A DNA stretch of 64,000 nt from Desulfomonilia bacterium (GCA_963664325.2 CAXXDQ010000007.1:128001-192000), one strand, 5' to 3'. Counted from the stretch's first letter, positions 28,161 through 38,841 are shown. The notes: generated by a model not told the origin, from the sequence alone. Program-made: numbers and translations.

Positions 28161-29885
28161 ATGGATTCGCTTAAACGAGACAAAAATTTGCGCCCCAAAG
28201 AAATTGAGGAAACCCCTGAATACATGCGCAAACTCTTCATAATGCCCAATTCTCCGGACAGGTTCATAGAGTTCGGCGACAGCCTGCTCGACATGATACA
28301 CGATTTTTTCAAGGAAAAGGGGGGCATACACTCGTCCATCACGATGGACGACCTCAGCAGGATTTTCAACAACACAGAAATGCCCAAAACACCCATGCTG
28401 ATAAAGGACCTTCTTGACGAGATAAAGAAGAATATAATCAATCATTCCGTAAAAGTGGCCAATCCGTATTATATCGGCCACATGACATCGGCCGTGCCGT
28501 ATTTCATGATACTGCTGGAGATGATCTCCGTAAGCCTGAACCAGAACCAGGTCAAGATCGAAAGCGCCAAGGCGTCCTCCTTTGTCGAAAGGGAATTTCT
28601 GTGCTGGATGCACAGGCTGGTTTTCCGCAAATCATCCCATTTCTATGAAAAGAACATCCAGAACCATAAGATTGCCCTGGGCAACATCACCTCTGACGGG
28701 ACTATCGCCAACCTCACTGGGTTCATGCTGGCCAGCGCCAGGGCGTTCCCTCCCGACGGGCACAAGTTCAGCGGGATAAGGAAGGAAGGCCTTGCACGCT
28801 CGCTCGAATACTACGGGTACCGGCAGGCAGTGATACTGGTATCCAAGCGCGGGCACTATTCAATATGCAAATCCGGGGCGCTCCTGGGGATAGGGGAAAA
28901 GGGGATCGTCTACTCGCCGGTGCACCCGTACACGAACAACATTGATATAGACAGGCTCTGGCAGACGATTGAAAGAATTATGAAAGAAGACAGGGCTTAC
29001 GGGAAACCGACCAAGATACTTGCAATTGTCGGTATTGCAGGCACGACCGAAACGGGAAATATCGATAACCTGGATGCGCTTGCGGACATAGCAAAGGAGC
29101 TTGATTCGCACTACCATGTCGATGCCGCCTGGGGCGGCGGTGCGCTGCTCATGGAGGGGGGCAGGGAAATGCTGAAGGGCATAGAAAGGGCCGATTCCGT
29201 AAGCTTTGACGCCCACAAGCTGCTCTATTCCCCCAACTCGATGGGTGTCTGCCTTTTCAGAAACGCGGAAGATTCCGAATACCTGTACCACACGGCCAAC
29301 TACATCATAAGAGAGGGTTCGGTCGACCAGGGCAGGTTCACGCTCGAAGGTTCACGGCCGTTTGCCTGCCTCAAACCCTGGGCCGCCCTGAAAATCATAG
29401 GCAGGAAGGGCTATGAACTGATATTCGAGCATGCCAAGCTGCTGCAGAAGACCTTCGTGGAGCTGCTCGAGGAGGAACCCCTGTTCGAGCAGATGAACAA
29501 GCCTGAGCTCTTCATTATCAATTACCGCTTTGTCCCCAGGGAGTTGAAAAAGATGCTTGAAAAATGCATGCATGACCCGAAAGAGCATGCCACAAGCATA
29601 ACCATGATCAACAACGTCCTTAATGAACTCAATATCGAGCTTCATAAAAAGATCAGGGAAAATGATACCTCCTTCGTCTCAAGAACCCGCATTGAATCCA
29701 CAAGGTATGCACCACGCAGGACTGTCGTATTGAGGGCGATCACCATCAATCCCAATACGGAGCCCGATATGATCAGGCAGATACTTGACGAGCATAAGAA
29801 ACTCGGCCAGGAGATATGGGATTCAAAGCATATCCTCAAGAACACCTTCAGGATCTACAAGAAGCTGAACGAGACAGTGAACTGA
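28161..29885 (+). CDS. panP: Pyridoxal-dependent aspartate 1-decarboxylase (group II PLP decarboxylase)
   Basis: IGHMTSA.PYF, LNQNQVKIES.KA, HVDAAWGG, SFDAHK, TLEGSRP, VSRT. Confidence 0.85.
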   Translation: MDSLKRDKNLRPKEIEETPEYMRKLFIMPNSPDRFIEFGDSLLDMIHDFFKEKGGIHSSITMDDLSRIFNNTEMPKTPMLIKDLLDEIKKNIINHSVKVANPYYIGHMTSAVPYFMILLEMISVSLNQNQVKIESAKASSFVEREFLCWMHRLVFRKSSHFYEKNIQNHKIALGNITSDGTIANLTGFMLASARAFPPDGHKFSGIRKEGLARSLEYYGYRQAVILVSKRGHYSICKSGALLGIGEKGIVYSPVHPYTNNIDIDRLWQTIERIMKEDRAYGKPTKILAIVGIAGTTETGNIDNLDALADIAKELDSHYHVDAAWGGGALLMEGGREMLKGIERADSVSFDAHKLLYSPNSMGVCLFRNAEDSEYLYHTANYIIREGSVDQGRFTLEGSRPFACLKPWAALKIIGRKGYELIFEHAKLLQKTFVELLEEEPLFEQMNKPELFIINYRFVPRELKKMLEKCMHDPKEHATSITMINNVLNELNIELHKKIRENDTSFVSRTRIESTRYAPRRTVVLRAITINPNTEPDMIRQILDEHKKLGQEIWDSKHILKNTFRIYKKLNETVN

Positions 29886-30163
29886 ACCGGCAAGCCACAT
29901 CCTAAAAACGTCTGCTGAAACGACCACCGGGGCGATGCCATTTCCAAAGCGTGCAAAAATATCAGGCCTCTATCGGGAATCACCGGCCGTTGGGATTTTC
30001 CTGCTTAAACATTCAGCCGGAGATATTCTGAAGACGGCTCATACCGGGAGAAAGCATGTCTCTGTTGCAAAAGGATTTGCCTGTCCCTGAGTCAAGATGC
30101 AGGAGAAAAAGGCGCTTTCTTAAGCAAAGACATATAGGTGAGGGGTATACCTTGTCGTTTTTC

Positions 30164-30191
30164 TTGAATGAATATATAAGAAGTGTATAAT
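30164..30191 (+). promoter_or_regulatory. Putative sigma-70 promoter of lon
   Basis: TTGAAT-16 nt-TATAAT about 125 nt upstream of the ATG. Confidence 0.4.
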
Positions 30192-30315
30192 CAGGAACAA
30201 ATAGACTGGGGATTAGGGGACGGCAGAATACGGTATATGTCCGGCGGATGCATCCGGAGTCGAGACGCCGGATGTTTTACCACACAACAACGAATATTCA
30301 TAAAGGGGTTTTATT

Positions 30316-32478
30316 ATGTTTGCAATGATAGTCAGGGATAATGTCTTTTTCCCGCACAGCTCTTTTTCTCTCAAGGTAAGTCCCGAGATGGCCGAACTTC
30401 TGAAAGCGCAGGGAGAACTGGCGATCTTTTTCAAAACACCCATGTCTTCTGGCGATATAGGCGTCAGGTGCTTGGTCAGGGAAGCGAAAGACGATATGGT
30501 CTTCATTGAAGGCGAATGCCGGATCAGGTCCATGGAGCGAATTGACGGGGAAATAGGCGACATACAGGTTACGGATATCCCGGACTGGTATGAAAAAAAC
30601 CTCCTGAACGAAGGGCTGATCCAGGGCGTAAGGGCGCTGGTCAAGCTCGTTTTTCCCAATTCCGGGCTCAATCTCATGAAGGAAAAAAATCCCGGCTCCT
30701 TTGCGGATATGGTGGCTGCGAACATAGACCTGCCTGTCCAGGAAAAGTTGAGGTTCCTTTACACCCCTGACAGCATGACAAGGATAAAACTGGTTTTCGG
30801 TTATCTTAACCGTGTAAACCCTAAAGCGGCTCAGCGCGCGAACAATTCAAAGGCAAACAACCCTATGGCGGAAGAGACAAAAGAACTTGAGGAAAGAATC
30901 GAAAGGACCCCCTTATCGGATGAAGCCAGGTCCGCCCTGGAAAAGGAAATGGGCAGGCTCAAATATATGCATCAGTATTCGCCTGAATACACAGTCAGCA
31001 GGAGTTATATCGAGTTCATCCTCGACATGCCCTGGGAGATAAGGACGCGGGATTTCATTGATATTGACAAGGCGAAGGCGGTCCTTGACCGTGACCATTT
31101 CGACCTCAAGGAGGCAAAGGAAAGGATACTGGAATTCCTTGCCGTCAGAAAGCTCAAGGCGGATTCGAAGGGGTCGATCATTTGTTTCGTCGGGCCCCCG
31201 GGCGTTGGAAAGACGTCCCTCGGGAAAAGCATAGCAGAGGCCATGGGCAGAAAATATATCAGGATGTCGCTGGGGGGCATTCGTGACGAGGCGGAAATAA
31301 GGGGACACCGCAGGACCTATATCGGAGCCATGCCCGGCCGGGTTATCAAGGAGATACAGCGGGCCGGCACCATGAATCCCGTATTCGTATTCGACGAAAT
31401 CGATAAACTCGGAAAGGATTTCAGGGGGGACCCCGCATCGGCCATGCTGGAGGTGCTCGATCCTGAACAGAACTTCTCGTTCAAGGACAATTACATGGAA
31501 ATCCCGTTCGACCTTTCGCAGGTCATGTTCATAGCAACGGCAAACACCACCGAGACGATACCTGCGACGCTCCTTGACAGGATGGAGATAATAGACATCG
31601 CCGGATATTCCGATGGCGAAAAACTGAATATCGCAAAGCTGCACCTCATAAGAAAAAAAGCTGCGGAATCCGGACTTGAAAAAGAGCCGATCGTTTTCGA
31701 TGATGAGGCCCTGAGGATGATTATCAACTTCTACACGGCCGAGTCGGGGGTGCGGGACCTTGAAAGGAAGATAGAAAGCATATTCAGGAAAAGCGCAAAG
31801 AAGAAGGCCTCGGATATCGATATTCCCCACCAGGTGACCTGCGATATTGTTCGTGAATACCTGGGACCCGTCACCAGGTATAAAGAGCAGGCCATGAGCA
31901 GCGACTGCATAGGAATTTCCACAGGGCTTGCATGGACGCCTGCCGGCGGCGAGATCCTGCTCATCGAGGTGTCGTCGATGCCCGGCTCCGGAAAGACCGA
32001 GCTTACAGGCAACATGGGCCAGGTCATGCAGGAATCCGCGAGGATTGCCATCGGATACCTCAAGAGCAGGATTGGCGACCTCATATCCGGACACATTGAT
32101 TTTTCAAAAATCGATATACATATACATGTGCCGGCAGGGGCCATATCCAAAGATGGTCCTTCCGCAGGGCTTGCAATCCTCTGCGCACTCCTTTCCTATT
32201 TCCAGGCAAGACCGGCCAGGAGCGATACGGCCATAACCGGCGAAGTAACACTGTCAGGGCGCGTGCTTCCCGTAGGCGGCATAAAGGAAAAAATTCTGGC
32301 CGCGGAAAGGGCCGGCATAAGCAGGGTGATACTTCCGGGGAAGAACGAAGCGGATATAATAAAATTGACCGCAGATGCGCAAGTCAATCTGGAAATCATA
32401 TATGTGAACAGCTTCATCGATGCCGCGCCGTTTTTATTCAGAGAAGAGGTAAGTTCAATACCTGTTTCCGCTCAGTAA
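30316..32478 (+). CDS. lon: Lon protease (endopeptidase La)
   Basis: GPPGVGKT, RGHRRTYIGAMPG, DEIDK, KDGPSAG catalytic Ser, VGGIKEK. Confidence 0.95.
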   Translation: MFAMIVRDNVFFPHSSFSLKVSPEMAELLKAQGELAIFFKTPMSSGDIGVRCLVREAKDDMVFIEGECRIRSMERIDGEIGDIQVTDIPDWYEKNLLNEGLIQGVRALVKLVFPNSGLNLMKEKNPGSFADMVAANIDLPVQEKLRFLYTPDSMTRIKLVFGYLNRVNPKAAQRANNSKANNPMAEETKELEERIERTPLSDEARSALEKEMGRLKYMHQYSPEYTVSRSYIEFILDMPWEIRTRDFIDIDKAKAVLDRDHFDLKEAKERILEFLAVRKLKADSKGSIICFVGPPGVGKTSLGKSIAEAMGRKYIRMSLGGIRDEAEIRGHRRTYIGAMPGRVIKEIQRAGTMNPVFVFDEIDKLGKDFRGDPASAMLEVLDPEQNFSFKDNYMEIPFDLSQVMFIATANTTETIPATLLDRMEIIDIAGYSDGEKLNIAKLHLIRKKAAESGLEKEPIVFDDEALRMIINFYTAESGVRDLERKIESIFRKSAKKKASDIDIPHQVTCDIVREYLGPVTRYKEQAMSSDCIGISTGLAWTPAGGEILLIEVSSMPGSGKTELTGNMGQVMQESARIAIGYLKSRIGDLISGHIDFSKIDIHIHVPAGAISKDGPSAGLAILCALLSYFQARPARSDTAITGEVTLSGRVLPVGGIKEKILAAERAGISRVILPGKNEADIIKLTADAQVNLEIIYVNSFIDAAPFLFREEVSSIPVSAQ

Positions 32479-32498
32479 TAATCATGGGGGACTGTGCC

Positions 32499-33311
32499 AT
32501 GGAAAAGGCCGTAATCCTTGCACGGGGCCTCGGCACCAGAATGAGGAATGCGGACAGCGGCGCCTTAGTTAAACCCGAGCAGAATTCTGCAGCCGATACC
32601 GGGATAAAGGCGATGATTCCGATCGACAGGCCGTTCCTGGATTATGTAATGAGCGCCCTGGCCGATGCCGGCTTCAAAAAGGTCTGCCTGGTAATAGGCC
32701 CAGGCAGGGAATTCGACCCGTTAAGGAATTATTACGATTCCATCAAAGCCCGAAGGGTGACAATCGGTTACGCCATACAGGAAAAGCCTCAAGGGACTGC
32801 GGATGCCGTTGCCGCTGCCCGGGAATTCGCGGGAGATGATGAGTTCGCGGTGATAAACTCGGATAATTATTATCCGGCCGAGGCGCTGGGCATCCTCAGG
32901 AAGCTCGATTCATGCGGCACCATCGCCTTCGAACGCAATGCACTTGCCGAGCGCGGCAATATCCCAATTGAGCGTATATCGAAATATGCCCTGCTGGAAC
33001 CCGATGATGATTTTTATCTGAAGAGGATCATGGAAAAACCATCCGTGGAGTACATTTCCTCTCTTGGCGGCGACGTGTATGTAAGCATGAACTGCTGGAG
33101 ATTCTCACGGTCCATATTCGAGGCCTGCCGCTCTATAAAGCCCTCTGTAAGGGGTGAATACGAGATTGCATCCGCTGTCGAATATGCCATGAATCATCTG
33201 GGAGAAAAGTTCAGGATGATGCCTGTCAGGATGGGCGTTCTCGACATGACGGGGCGGTCCGACATAAAGTCGGTTGATTCCATCTTAAGGGGCAGGGAAG
33301 TAAATCTTTAA
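32499..33311 (+). CDS. Sugar-phosphate nucleotidyltransferase
   Basis: ILARGLGTRM, KAMIPI.RPFL, QEKPQGTADA, EKP, S.RGEYEI. Confidence 0.85.
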   Translation: MEKAVILARGLGTRMRNADSGALVKPEQNSAADTGIKAMIPIDRPFLDYVMSALADAGFKKVCLVIGPGREFDPLRNYYDSIKARRVTIGYAIQEKPQGTADAVAAAREFAGDDEFAVINSDNYYPAEALGILRKLDSCGTIAFERNALAERGNIPIERISKYALLEPDDDFYLKRIMEKPSVEYISSLGGDVYVSMNCWRFSRSIFEACRSIKPSVRGEYEIASAVEYAMNHLGEKFRMMPVRMGVLDMTGRSDIKSVDSILRGREVNL

Positions 33312-33369
33312 ATCAAATCATAAGTCTTTTTACTTATATAATCTTTTTAAAGATTTTGATTGACTGCTT

Positions 33370-34908
33370 TTAACTGTTTTTCTCTTTGTCTCTTATAAAA
33401 AGGATTTCGTAAAGTTTCATGATGCCGAACCAGAGCATCAGGAACGGTTCAAACCTCGTGCCGGAATCTATTCCGCTCTTTTTCATGCTGTTTGAGAGGG
33501 CCTGCATCCTGGGCTTGAAACGTTCGTAATTTCTGTTTTGTTTTTGTGTCCAGCAGACCTCCGCATGGGCAAACATTCTCGGGAAGGCCCTTTTGAAAAG
33601 CCTTTCCGGCGTTATCCATTCCCCCCACAGGTTGGCCTCGGTCCCCAGGATGTGGCCTGTAAGATTATCCGGGAGATCATGGGGGACGGGCTCGAATGAA
33701 TACACCTTCTCAATAGGCGTGATGATATGGGGGTAATCATAGTAGCAATGCGTTGTGGGTGACACAACCGTATCATGCCCCATCCCGGCGGCGATGGCCG
33801 CGAACTTGTGGTTTCTCCATGCCTGGATAACTGCTCCTTCAGGCATGAAGCGCGTCGCTTCATCCCAGGCGATCATCTTTCTGTCGTGCTTTTTCAGGAT
33901 ATCATTCACGCGCATGACGAAACGGGCATGAAGGCCTGTTTTGTCTTTTATCCCCGACTTTTGCATAAGGCCGATGCATGCATCATGGCTGAGCCAGTCG
34001 CCTGCAAGGACCTCATCGGAGCCGATGTGAATGTAAGGAAACGGGAACAGGTCCGCAACCTCAGCGATGAGCCTGTCGATGAAATCATATACCGCTTCGT
34101 TCGAAACGCAGAGGGCCGAGGGGAAAATACCCGGCCGCTGCCTTATCTGAACAGGTTTTCCCGTACAGGACAATTCCGGGTAGGCTGCGAGCAGGGCGGA
34201 CGTATGGCCCGGCATGTCGATTTCCGGCAGGACCATGACATTGCGGGCTTCTGCATAGGTGATGATCTCGCGGATCTGCTCCCGGGTATAGTATCCCCTT
34301 TCGCCCCCGATCTGGTGCAGTTTCGGAAAGGCCCTGCTCTCGATGCGCCAGCCCTGGTCGTCTACAAGGTGCCAGTGCAGGATGTTGAGTTTGAGTTCCG
34401 AGATGCAATCGATATACCGTTTGACCGTGCCGACCGGCAGGAAATTCCGTGCAGGGTCGATCAGCGTCCCGCGCCATGAAAAACGCGGGCTATCTTCGAT
34501 ATCCGCCTTTGGGACAATGACCGAGTTTCCATTTTGAGAAAAAAGCTGGAGCAGCGTCATAAAGGCATTGTGAAGGCCTTGATGCGTATTTGTCCGGATG
34601 CGGATTATCTCTCCAACCGATAATTCGTATGCCTCGTCCGGGTTTGAGTTTCCTGAAATCGGCTCAAGGCCGCCTGAACGTTCAACAAAAATTGAACAGC
34701 CGGCCTCACTCTCATTGGGCGTTAAAAATGTCTCTGCATCAATACCGAAGCGCTGCCTCAATTTTTCTTCAAAAACAGATGCCCTGGTTTTCCAGGCATC
34801 ATCTGCTTCTTCCGGCAAAGATATCCTGATAATGCCCTTGAAGCTCAGGTGTCCTTCCTTCACAGCAATTTTTTCAGGCCAGGGTATAAGATTTATTTGG
34901 TTATTCAT
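33370..34908 (-). CDS. Beta-N-acetylhexosaminidase (GH20)
   Basis: D.PRFSWRG, HWHLVDDQGWR, PEIDMPGH, HIGSDE, LWGE. Confidence 0.92.
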   Translation of the reverse strand: MNNQINLIPWPEKIAVKEGHLSFKGIIRISLPEEADDAWKTRASVFEEKLRQRFGIDAETFLTPNESEAGCSIFVERSGGLEPISGNSNPDEAYELSVGEIIRIRTNTHQGLHNAFMTLLQLFSQNGNSVIVPKADIEDSPRFSWRGTLIDPARNFLPVGTVKRYIDCISELKLNILHWHLVDDQGWRIESRAFPKLHQIGGERGYYTREQIREIITYAEARNVMVLPEIDMPGHTSALLAAYPELSCTGKPVQIRQRPGIFPSALCVSNEAVYDFIDRLIAEVADLFPFPYIHIGSDEVLAGDWLSHDACIGLMQKSGIKDKTGLHARFVMRVNDILKKHDRKMIAWDEATRFMPEGAVIQAWRNHKFAAIAAGMGHDTVVSPTTHCYYDYPHIITPIEKVYSFEPVPHDLPDNLTGHILGTEANLWGEWITPERLFKRAFPRMFAHAEVCWTQKQNRNYERFKPRMQALSNSMKKSGIDSGTRFEPFLMLWFGIMKLYEILFIRDKEKNS

Positions 34909-35374
34909 TGTATCCTCTCTTTATATGAAGACATACTGCTGTATGGCTAATTACCAGCCTTTCTAATGCTGTGCACATCAGGTCTGGGATTCCTGTGACC
35001 AGGTGGCTTAAGCAATTGGAAGGCTTACCGATGATTGTTGCACTCCCCCACCATATAAGAGGAAAAGGAGAATCATCCAAGCCTGATTCTGTGACCGGCT
35101 CCCATATCGGATTGTAAAAATGATTGTAAGCCCTGTTACCAAGGTCTTCGTTTGTGCTGCCGTCTTGGATTAACCTTGCTATATCTATTCCATTAATTGT
35201 ATTTTCCAATCCTTTTTGAATATCAAGCATATTTTTTAAATAATTATTTAATACAGATTTCTGAACAGAAACCTCTGTCAAATCCCTATGAGTTTCTTTA
35301 TCATTATATGTAAAAGCAGTTATTGGATATGATACCACGATTAGAAGAATTACAAAGAAACGTATTATTCTCAT
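34901..35374 (-). pseudogene. Truncated secreted protein with Zn-phospholipase C/P1-nuclease-like N-terminus
   Basis: Signal peptide then Y...TH, G...ED...R..NHFYNP; ORF ends at about 157 aa with a non-family-looking tail running into the GH20 start; AT-rich. Confidence 0.45.
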
Positions 35375-35384
35375 GATACTTCTC

Positions 35385-35981
35385 CTATTTAATCTTTGAA
35401 GGGTATTTTTTTTCAAGCTCCTGCATAATACCTAGCCCTTCAGATTCAAACGCTTTGATAAATAAAGGTGTTTCAGAAATGGAGTAGTCTCCATTGGTAA
35501 CATTACGTTTGAAAGCTGCATGTTCTTTAAATGAAAAACCTTCAGGCCATTTTTTAAGCCTGACTGTTCTGTTGTCTTTGTCAAAATCAGTCCGGTTTTT
35601 CCATTTCCATTTCGGTTCGAATATCTTTTTCTGATCCCAGCAGACATATCCGAATTTATAGACCGTAAGCCGGGGATACCTGTCAGGGCCAAGATGCCAG
35701 TCCCAGAAATCCTTGATAAAGATTTTACCTTCCTTGTCGGAAACCGTTTCTTCAATCCTCAATGCGCCCCAGCACCCGCCTTCAAGGCCCTGTATAAGAG
35801 TGCAGTCTTTTTTTGGTCCTCTCCAGATCGCTATGGCAACTGCCCCTTCAATGGGTTCACCAGTTTCATCATCGATGATAATCGCATCAGGTTTGGGAGA
35901 TCTGTCCATGCCGGAAACCGCGACCGGAAAAATTACAAGTATAACCGGGATTATTATCAATATAATGAAATTATTTTTCAT
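35385..35981 (-). CDS. Exported hypothetical protein (carboxypeptidase-regulatory-like beta domain)
   Basis: Signal sequence; 'IID.ETGEPIEGAV...W', 'ETVSDKEG', 'VYK.GYV.W' pattern; AT-rich. Confidence 0.6.
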   Translation of the reverse strand: MKNNFIILIIIPVILVIFPVAVSGMDRSPKPDAIIIDDETGEPIEGAVAIAIWRGPKKDCTLIQGLEGGCWGALRIEETVSDKEGKIFIKDFWDWHLGPDRYPRLTVYKFGYVCWDQKKIFEPKWKWKNRTDFDKDNRTVRLKKWPEGFSFKEHAAFKRNVTNGDYSISETPLFIKAFESEGLGIMQELEKKYPSKIK

Positions 35982-36017
35982 CCATATTAACCGGCAGTAA
36001 AAAAACCGGGACCATGC

Positions 36018-37322
36018 CTATATAAGATACTCGCGTTCACTCGATATGATCTCCGCCACCTTTATTGCAGATGAAAAGCTGATATCGCCCGAGCACCCGT
36101 CTCCTTTTACCGTGTCTCCCGCGAAATAAAGCCCCTTGACCGTATCGCACACAATCCAGGGCCTGTTTGGTTTTGACTGCCTGGGCGTGAGCACGTTGCC
36201 GTTCATAATATTTGCGACGACCTTTCTCTCCTTGACGACATTCGGAAGGAAACCGGGAAGGATTTTTGAAATAGTATCCTTCATTTTCTTTTCGGTTTTT
36301 TCAATGGCAGCAGGATCGCCGTCAAATTTCCACGGCAGCATTATTCCCCAGGTCGAGAGGTACTTGTCCCTGGGCGCATAGGAGGGATCGGAGTTCGACT
36401 GAAATTTCGCCCATATCGGGATATCAACGCCCAGGATGCTGCCTTTAATGTCGCTTACCGGGCCCTGCGTAATGAAATCAATTGTTAGGCCTGAGCTGTT
36501 TTCCAGATTGTTGATATATGAAACAAGACTGGTGGAAAGCAGGCTCCTGTCCAGCAGTTCCAGAACAAGAGGCAGCCTGGCTGCGAAAACAACCCTCTTT
36601 GCCTCGTATTTCCCGTTCTTTGTCGTAACCCCCTTGACCTGCTTGTTTTCAATAATGAGGGATGTGACTTTTTCCCCGAGCCTCACTTCGCCCAGTTTGT
36701 CTATATGCTTTTTCAATTTTCTGAACAGCTGCCCGGACCCGCCTGCGGGTTCCCCGACACCGACACCTGCCGTAAGCACCCTTTGAAGAAAGTCTATCAC
36801 CTCTCCGGCGCTGACCTTTGTCGCGTCAGGGCACATGACGGTCATGCCGAAAAACGAGATAAACCTTTCGACTTCCCTGTTATTGAACCATGTACGGTAG
36901 AATTCAAGCAGGGTCCGGTTATACCAGTCATGATGGTTCGCCTTTTTCAGTTTTATTAAAAAGTTCAGAAGCGTGAATCTGGCCTTTAATGACAACATTG
37001 GGGTCGTGAAGAATCCGACCGGACCCTGCGGCCTTTCCCAGAGCCTGCCTTTGAAAATAAGTTTGGAATCTCCCGATTCCGGAATGAATTCTATCTCCTC
37101 ACCGAGCTTTTTAAACACCTGATTAGCAATGCCTTTGTGTGCAAGCCTGTGCGAGTGGGCGCCATATTCCCAGGTGTAGCCTTCACTGTCCCTGAAAGCC
37201 GCGGCCCTGCCTCCCACAAGTGCCGAACCGTCAAGGACAAGGACTTTCTTACCGTATTTGGTAAGCAGTGCCGCTGTACTCATGCCGCCGTAGCCGGCAC
37301 CGACAACAATGACATCAGGCAT
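36018..37322 (-). CDS. FAD-dependent oxidoreductase, phytoene desaturase (CrtI/amine oxidase)-like
   Basis: GAGYGG Rossmann, GGRA, EYGAH, GLYFAGD. Confidence 0.8.
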   Translation of the reverse strand: MPDVIVVGAGYGGMSTAALLTKYGKKVLVLDGSALVGGRAAAFRDSEGYTWEYGAHSHRLAHKGIANQVFKKLGEEIEFIPESGDSKLIFKGRLWERPQGPVGFFTTPMLSLKARFTLLNFLIKLKKANHHDWYNRTLLEFYRTWFNNREVERFISFFGMTVMCPDATKVSAGEVIDFLQRVLTAGVGVGEPAGGSGQLFRKLKKHIDKLGEVRLGEKVTSLIIENKQVKGVTTKNGKYEAKRVVFAARLPLVLELLDRSLLSTSLVSYINNLENSSGLTIDFITQGPVSDIKGSILGVDIPIWAKFQSNSDPSYAPRDKYLSTWGIMLPWKFDGDPAAIEKTEKKMKDTISKILPGFLPNVVKERKVVANIMNGNVLTPRQSKPNRPWIVCDTVKGLYFAGDTVKGDGCSGDISFSSAIKVAEIISSEREYLI

Positions 37323-37526
37323 AATTCATTCCTCCATGATAATAGATAATATCATTATTCCATGAGAAGCAATCTGAATATTGCCAGTTAAAAAAACTGA
37401 TGAAAGACTGCAGAATTAAAAACAGTTATCCGAGACAGAAAACAGGATGCACTGTGAAGGTCCCGGGATTATCTGATAGACTGCGCTAGCAGGCATTGAA
37501 AGATATCCGGGCCTGATCTTTGAGAT

Positions 37527-37574
37527 AAAAACGGGGTCATGTCTCAAGAAAAGAAACAAGATCATGGCCCCGTT
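37527..37574 (-). terminator. Hairpin downstream of thiolase (terminator-like)
   Basis: AACGGGGTCATG (37530-37541)/CATGGCCCCGTT (37563-37574) stem followed by a T-run on the minus strand. Confidence 0.55.
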
Positions 37575-37584
37575 GTAAAAACTA

Positions 37585-38841
37585 TCAGATTATTTCTATC
37601 GCCGTGGCCATTCCCACGCCGCCGCCGCCGCATATGGTGGCAAGGCCCAGGGTTTTGTTCCGTTTCCTGAGTGCGTACATGAGGGTCAGTATTATCCGGC
37701 ATCCTGTCGAGCCGACCGGATGGCCAAGACCAATACCCGAACCGTTGACATTCGCAATGTCCCTCTTGAAGCCGAGGTCCCTCTCGCAGCCTATATACTG
37801 GGCAGCAAACGCCTCGTTGACTTCGATCAGATCGAAACTGTCAATGCTCAGCTTGGCATCTTTCTTCAGGAGATTCTTGACTGCAGGGGTAGGGCTCAGG
37901 CCCATTACTGAAGGATGGCATCCGCCGCGGCCGACCGAGCGTATTCTTGCCAGAGGCTTGATGCCGAGCTCCTTGGCCTTGTCTGCGCTCATGATGACCA
38001 TCGCCGAGGCGCCGTCATTAATTCCCGACGAATTGCCGGCAGTCACTTTGCCGGTTTTGGGAATGAATGCGGGCGGAAGGTCAGCAAGTTCCTGCATCGT
38101 GAGTCCCGGCCTGAAATGCTCGTCCTTGTCGAATATCACGGGCGGCTTGCCTTTCTTCTTGTTCGGGATCTCGACAGGGACGATCTCTTCGGCAAAGTCA
38201 CCCTCTTTGTTTGCCCTCTCCGCGCCGTTATGGCTTTTGAGTGCGACTTCATCCATTTCTTCGCGGCTTATGTTGTAAAGAGATGCGATGAATTCGGCTG
38301 TCTGGCCCATTATGTAGGGTTTTCCCTTGAACATGTCGAAGAGCGGACTTGCCTTTACAGGGCTGTCATCGGAAAGAGGCTGGACATATGAACCGCAATG
38401 GAGTCCCCTTATGATGCAGTCAACCAGAACCTTATCCTGCAGCCTGCATCCCCAGCGGGCCTCAAGGGATGAGTAGGGTACGCCGGACATGTGCTCCATA
38501 CCGCCGACAAGCACTATGTCAGCCATGCCGGCCTGTATCATGGCCATTCCGCTGGCAGTCGCTTCCATTCCGGAAGGGCACACCCTGTTGATTGTGACTG
38601 CCGGTACGGTAACCGGAATACCGGCCAGAAGCGCTGCGGTCCTTGTTACATTAAGGGTGTTCACATGCTCCATGCAGCATCCGAAACGAACGTCATCAAT
38701 AGTCGAGGGATCAATTCCCGCCCGTTTTACCGCCTCTTTCATCACGGTTGCCCCGAGGTTCGCAAGTATCACATCTCTTAGCGTTCCGCCGAATGTGCCG
38801 ATAGCGGTTCTGCATGCCGAAACAATAACTACATCTTTCAT
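37585..38841 (-). CDS. Acetyl-CoA C-acyltransferase (thiolase)
   Basis: INRVCPSG, TAGNSSGINDGA, NEAFAAQ, GHPVG, CGGGG. Confidence 0.95.
   Translation of the reverse strand: MKDVVIVSACRTAIGTFGGTLRDVILANLGATVMKEAVKRAGIDPSTIDDVRFGCCMEHVNTLNVTRTAALLAGIPVTVPAVTINRVCPSGMEATASGMAMIQAGMADIVLVGGMEHMSGVPYSSLEARWGCRLQDKVLVDCIIRGLHCGSYVQPLSDDSPVKASPLFDMFKGKPYIMGQTAEFIASLYNISREEMDEVALKSHNGAERANKEGDFAEEIVPVEIPNKKKGKPPVIFDKDEHFRPGLTMQELADLPPAFIPKTGKVTAGNSSGINDGASAMVIMSADKAKELGIKPLARIRSVGRGGCHPSVMGLSPTPAVKNLLKKDAKLSIDSFDLIEVNEAFAAQYIGCERDLGFKRDIANVNGSGIGLGHPVGSTGCRIILTLMYALRKRNKTLGLATICGGGGVGMATAIEII

Noticed and set aside
30207-30221. TGGGGATTAGGGGACG resembling the Y1 element end
   Set aside because: Only 9 bp (TAGGGGACG) match and no partner repeat; compatible with chance
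30913-32094. 393-aa ORF antisense to lon
   Set aside because: Shadow frame of a conserved gene with no recognisable motifs; the same applies to antisense ORFs over rne/rng, mutL, GH20, thiolase and panP
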